Source: an uncultured Verrucomicrobiae bacterium
GTDB taxonomy: Bacteria > Verrucomicrobiota > Verrucomicrobiia > Limisphaerales > Palsa-1400
Assembly (NCBI GenBank): GCA_963764165.1
Contig: CAVXRD010000004.1
Span: 160,001-224,000 of the forward strand
Direction: 5' to 3'
DNA length: 64,000 bases
Part shown: positions 59,509-64,000 of the stretch, piece after piece
Position numbering within the stretch: the first letter of the stretch is position 1
Layout: each line of letters opens with the position of its first letter
Position numbers and translations under genes: made by a program
Notes under the pieces: generated by a model
What the model saw: the letters and a program-made list of their open reading frames with translations, nothing else
The model's database searches: none
What the model was told of the DNA's origin: nothing

Positions 59509-60168
59509 ATGAAAACGCCACTCAAAATACGTCGAGACACGCTGGCGTTCACGCTGCTGGAGATCTGCATTTCCATTACAGTTTTCACTTTTATCTTGAT
59601 CAGCATTCTCGGCATCTGGAAATGCATCATCAAGGGCAAGATGATCGCGGAGGACGCCGCCGCCGCGGCGCAGCGCGCGCGGGTGGGAATGAGCACCGTG
59701 GTTGAAGCGCTGACCTGCACGGAGCTGGACGCGCGGAATCTGCAGTTCTACGAATTTGACACCGATACGAGCGGAAAATTTGCGGCGCTCAGCCTCGCGG
59801 CCCGTTTGCCGGGGGATTTTCCCGGGTCAGGATTGTACGGCGATATCGTGATGCGCCGGGTGACATTCGACATCGAGCGCGACGCCGAAGGAAAGGATAA
59901 CCTCGTGATGAAACAATCGCCGCTGCTGGCGGTCGTCGACAATCAACACACGCCCTACGACCTCACTCTGGCGCGGGACGTCAATGTGTTCATGCTGGAA
60001 TTCTGGAGCACGCAGGATAACGAATGGGAGGTTTCCTGGGAATCGACCAGCAATTTGCCCCCGATGGTTCGTGTGACGCTGGGCTGCGGCCATTCCGCGC
60101 AGCATCCGGACGCGCCCTACACGTTGATTTGCCGCACCGTCGCCCTGCCCGCCGGAGCCCACAATTAA
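59509..60168 (+). CDS. minor pseudopilin (GspJ-like)
   Basis: A/FTLLEI; C-terminal W...W....LP.MVRVTL. Confidence 0.78.
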   Translation: MKTPLKIRRDTLAFTLLEICISITVFTFILISILGIWKCIIKGKMIAEDAAAAAQRARVGMSTVVEALTCTELDARNLQFYEFDTDTSGKFAALSLAARLPGDFPGSGLYGDIVMRRVTFDIERDAEGKDNLVMKQSPLLAVVDNQHTPYDLTLARDVNVFMLEFWSTQDNEWEVSWESTSNLPPMVRVTLGCGHSAQHPDAPYTLICRTVALPAGAHN

Positions 60169-61359
60169 GTGAAAATTCGCATTTCCAAAGCATCGCCGCC
60201 CTCGGGATTCGCGTTGATCCTGGTCATGTGCGTCGTCATCGCGCTGACGGCCGTGGTCGGTTCATTCGCCATTTCGATGAACACAGAAATCCGCCTCGCG
60301 CGCAACAGCGATTATGACGACAAGACGGAGTGGATGGGACGCAGCGGCATCGAGGAAGCCCGCTGCCTGCTGGCCAACAAATCCCCCGAGCAGAGATCCG
60401 TCGACGCGCTGAATCAATATTGGGCGCACGGCAGCAACATCGGCAGCAACGATTTGTCCATGATTATTCCGCTCGACAACGAGCCGATGGGCGAAGGCAC
60501 GCGCACCCTGGTCATCGAGGACATGGAGCGGAAATGGTGCATCAACAACGTGGCCGGGGTTTTCGGCCAGCCCCAGCGGGATATCTTGCAACGGGCGCTG
60601 CAAGTGGTTGGCGTCACCGACACCGGCCTCGCCGCCACGATTGAAGATTCGATCATCGATTGGGTTCGCCCGAACACGGGCACGCAGAATGCCGCGGGCG
60701 CCAACAGCGATTATTACATGCACTTGGAGACGCCGTATTATTGCAAGGCCGGCCAGATTGACGATCTTTCCGAATTGCTGCTCATCAAGGGCATGACGCC
60801 GGATATTTATTGGGGCTCGAATTCCACCAATCATCCTGTTTCCGCCTATCAGCAGCATGGCGGCGGCGCTTTCGGCCAGCCGATTGTTGGACACGGCGGC
60901 TTCGGCGGCAATAAGGATCAGCCAGAGTATCCATACGGATTGGTGCAATTGTTCTCGCCGCTCGGGGGCAAGCTGAACATCAACACCGCCTCGGTGCTGA
61001 CGTTGCAGATGATACCCGGCATGGACGAAGCGACCGCCGCGCGCATCATCCAGCAGCGCGCCGGCCCCGATGGCGTCGATGGCACCGATGACGATGTTCC
61101 GTTTATGAACATCGGCGAAATCAACGGCGGATTGCCCGGTGGCGGCGGTGCGGCGCCTGGCAACGTCGGAGTGAAGGGCGGGCCGGCGGCGGGAATCGCG
61201 GCACAGGGGATGAACGCTTACATCGATGTCCGCAGCTACGTTTTCAAAGTGCGTGTCGACACGGAAATCAACGGCTACAAGCGCAGCTATTATGGCATCG
61301 TCAGCCGCCAGGGCAGCAACGCGCAGAAATTGAACTGCGTTAAGTTTTATTGGGAGTGA
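60169..61359 (+). CDS. gspK: general secretion pathway protein K
   Basis: GFALILVM, IIDW, ELLLIKGM and KLNINTAS..L..IPG. Confidence 0.87.
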   Translation: MKIRISKASPPSGFALILVMCVVIALTAVVGSFAISMNTEIRLARNSDYDDKTEWMGRSGIEEARCLLANKSPEQRSVDALNQYWAHGSNIGSNDLSMIIPLDNEPMGEGTRTLVIEDMERKWCINNVAGVFGQPQRDILQRALQVVGVTDTGLAATIEDSIIDWVRPNTGTQNAAGANSDYYMHLETPYYCKAGQIDDLSELLLIKGMTPDIYWGSNSTNHPVSAYQQHGGGAFGQPIVGHGGFGGNKDQPEYPYGLVQLFSPLGGKLNINTASVLTLQMIPGMDEATAARIIQQRAGPDGVDGTDDDVPFMNIGEINGGLPGGGGAAPGNVGVKGGPAAGIAAQGMNAYIDVRSYVFKVRVDTEINGYKRSYYGIVSRQGSNAQKLNCVKFYWE

Positions 61360-61360
61360 A

Positions 61361-61441
61361 GGTACGGACGCCTCGCCGAGGCGTCCGGGGTTGCGTGCGA
61401 ACGAAGCCTGCCGCCGGACGCCTCGGCGAGGCGTTGCTACC
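61361..61441. repeat. GTAG-type REP doublet (GGACGCCTCGCCGAGGCGTCC)
   Basis: Two palindromes in inverted orientation; a partial arm lies at ~47117-47138. Confidence 0.75.
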
Positions 61442-61497
61442 TTTTCTGGGCGACGAAACGCTTGCTCTCGACCGGCCTCTCTCGCAGGATTATCTGC

Positions 61498-62610
61498 ATG
61501 CCTGTCCATCGCTTCGCGAACATTGCTGGCGCCATTCTCTGCTCGTGGCTTCTCGCCGCAAGTGCTGACGCGCAGAAAACCTTTTCCAACCCGCTTCCTG
61601 TCAAATTGGGCGACCCCTTCGCGCTCAAGGCGGATTCTGGAAAATATTTTCTCTACGGCACCGGCGGCGTCGAAAACGGTTTCAAAACGTATTCGTCCGA
61701 CGACCTTGTCAATTGGAAAGACGAAGGGCCCGTATTCCACGGAGCGACGGGCTCTGATTGGTGCACGGGAAATTTCTGGGCGCCCGAAGTCTTCGAGCAC
61801 CATGGGAAGTTCTACATGTTTTACAGCGCGGATTGGAGCGAGAATCCCACTCACGAAAAGGAAAATTTTCGCATTGGCGTCGCCGTTGCCGATCAGGCCA
61901 CCGGCCCATTCAAGCATGTCCAAAACCGGCCGATCTTCGACCCGGGCTATCCAATTATTGACGCTGACGTTTTGTTCAATGACGACGGAAGGGTGTATCT
62001 CTATTTCTCGCGCTGCTGCTACAAACACGCCGTTGAATCCGAAGTCGCCGAATGGGCTAGAAAAAAAGGATGGTACAAGGAAATCGAGGAAAGCTGGGTT
62101 TACGGAGTGGAAATGAAACCGGACTTTTCCGGCGTCATCGGCGAGCCCGTTCTCCTCTTGCAGCCGCCGCTGAAGATGACCGACTCCCAGTCCGAATGGG
62201 AAAGCCGCTCCGTCACCGGGCACGAGGTGAATCGGCGCTGGACGGAAGGTTCGTGCATTCTCAAGCACGGCGGCGCGTATTACATCATGTATTCCGCAAA
62301 CTTCTTCGGCGGCGAAAATTACGCCGTCGGCTACGCCACCGGTTCCTCGCCACTCGGCCCCTTCCACAAGGCGGAAAACAATCCCGTGCTGCAAAAGAAC
62401 ACCGGCAAAGGCGGCATCGTCACCGGCACCGGCCACAACTCCGTCGTTGCCTCGCCCAATGGCAAAGACCTTTACTGCGTCTACCATGGCCGCACCCAAA
62501 CCACCGGCGACGAACGCGTCGTCTTCATCGACAAGCTCGAGTTCGACGGCAAGGGGCGCTTGCTCGTCGACGGGCCCACGACATCGCCGCAGCCGTATCC
62601 AGCGAAGTAA
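61498..62610 (+). CDS. glycoside hydrolase family 43, secreted
   Basis: GDP, WAPE, IDA, EGS and GHNS five-blade propeller motifs; signal peptide. Confidence 0.92.
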   Translation: MPVHRFANIAGAILCSWLLAASADAQKTFSNPLPVKLGDPFALKADSGKYFLYGTGGVENGFKTYSSDDLVNWKDEGPVFHGATGSDWCTGNFWAPEVFEHHGKFYMFYSADWSENPTHEKENFRIGVAVADQATGPFKHVQNRPIFDPGYPIIDADVLFNDDGRVYLYFSRCCYKHAVESEVAEWARKKGWYKEIEESWVYGVEMKPDFSGVIGEPVLLLQPPLKMTDSQSEWESRSVTGHEVNRRWTEGSCILKHGGAYYIMYSANFFGGENYAVGYATGSSPLGPFHKAENNPVLQKNTGKGGIVTGTGHNSVVASPNGKDLYCVYHGRTQTTGDERVVFIDKLEFDGKGRLLVDGPTTSPQPYPAK

Positions 62611-62856
62611 GAACAAATTGAAACCCAAGACAACTCGACGGATCCAAACGAAAGGACGAAACTTCTTCAAACGGTCTTGCCATTGTGCGCACAGGGCGCG
62701 GTTGGCCCGGGAAACAACATCACCAAGCCCACAGGTTGGGCGTGAGATAAAATTCTTCATGCCGCATGGAGCGCCAACGCAAAGGCGCCGTGAACATTTC
62801 GTTCGGCGGAAGCGTCTGTTGTAAACCACGCGCTTTTTGCGGCTGGTTTTGGAATT

Positions 62857-63522
<666 letters not shown>

Positions 63523-63666
63523 CCGGGCTCGATTTTTGCTTTGGCGATGGCTTCGCATCTTGCTGTTTAGGCAAATAACTGGCATGTAGACTGGAGTCGT
63601 GAGCAATCCGGCCGCGCAAGCAAACAATGCCGCGTGCCGCTCCCAAACAAAAGCGGTACTCGAATT

Positions 63667-64000
63667 ATGAACCAGAAAACGATGCAACTCGGCATGATCG
63701 GCCTCGGCCGCATGGGAGCCAACATGGTGCGGCGCCTCATCAAAAACGGACACACCTGCGTGGTCTTCGATCGGTCGCAGGACGCGGTCAACTCTTTGGT
63801 TAAAGACAAGGCGGTCGGCGCCACGGCGCTGGCGGACTTCGTCAGCAAGCTCGAAAAGCCGCGCGCGATTTGGCTGATGGTGCCGGCGGCCGTGGTGGAT
63901 CAATCCATCGCCGATCTGCTGCCGCTGCTGGAGAAGGGCGATATTCTTATTGACGGGGGCAATTCCTATTATGTGGATGATATCCGGCGCGGCAAGGAAC
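63667..64000 (+). CDS. gnd: 6-phosphogluconate dehydrogenase (decarboxylating), 5' part, runs off the window
   Basis: MQLGMIGLGRMGANMVRRL, PRAIWLMVPA and IDGGNS; absent from the ORF track because it has no stop in the window. Confidence 0.92.
   Translation, partial: MNQKTMQLGMIGLGRMGANMVRRLIKNGHTCVVFDRSQDAVNSLVKDKAVGATALADFVSKLEKPRAIWLMVPAAVVDQSIADLLPLLEKGDILIDGGNSYYVDDIRRGKE

Overview
A GC-rich bacterial chromosomal window. By inference from its protein families (GntR-LacI hybrid regulator, H-X9-DG prepilin-like protein, 'YFRL'-ending secreted protein, many ECF sigma/anti-sigma pairs) it is probably from a Verrucomicrobiota/Pedosphaera-like organism. Core genes are aroC, leuA (with a Leu-rich attenuator), a SWIM-SNF2 helicase, a partial T2SS cluster (gspF/H/I/J/K-like), GH43 and a partial gnd. 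Also present: four ECF sigma modules, a seven-gene fatty-acid-modification operon resembling the furan-fatty-acid (ufa) cluster, and an IS4-family element with a 9-bp TSD whose terminal GTG rebuilds the start codon it interrupted. Two accessory zones (~4.4-8.1 kb and ~36.4-43.1 kb) contain REP-like palindromes, decayed toxin-antitoxin, IS66 and DUF3631 fragments, and a BsuBI/PstI-type R-M system. The most unusual signal is one motif (core ATAATYACATATTTG, or its complement CAAATATGTRATTAT, often followed by TGACC) found six times. It sits next to decayed 5' and 3' ends of a RAYT-like HUH transposase and once forms a 93-bp two-ended mini-element. Orphan and defence genes lie just outside these ends and read away from them, which suggests a RAYT-end-mediated gene-cassette capture system (hypothesis). 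No rRNA, tRNA or CRISPR array was recognised. Family names come from recognising motifs by eye, not from database searches.
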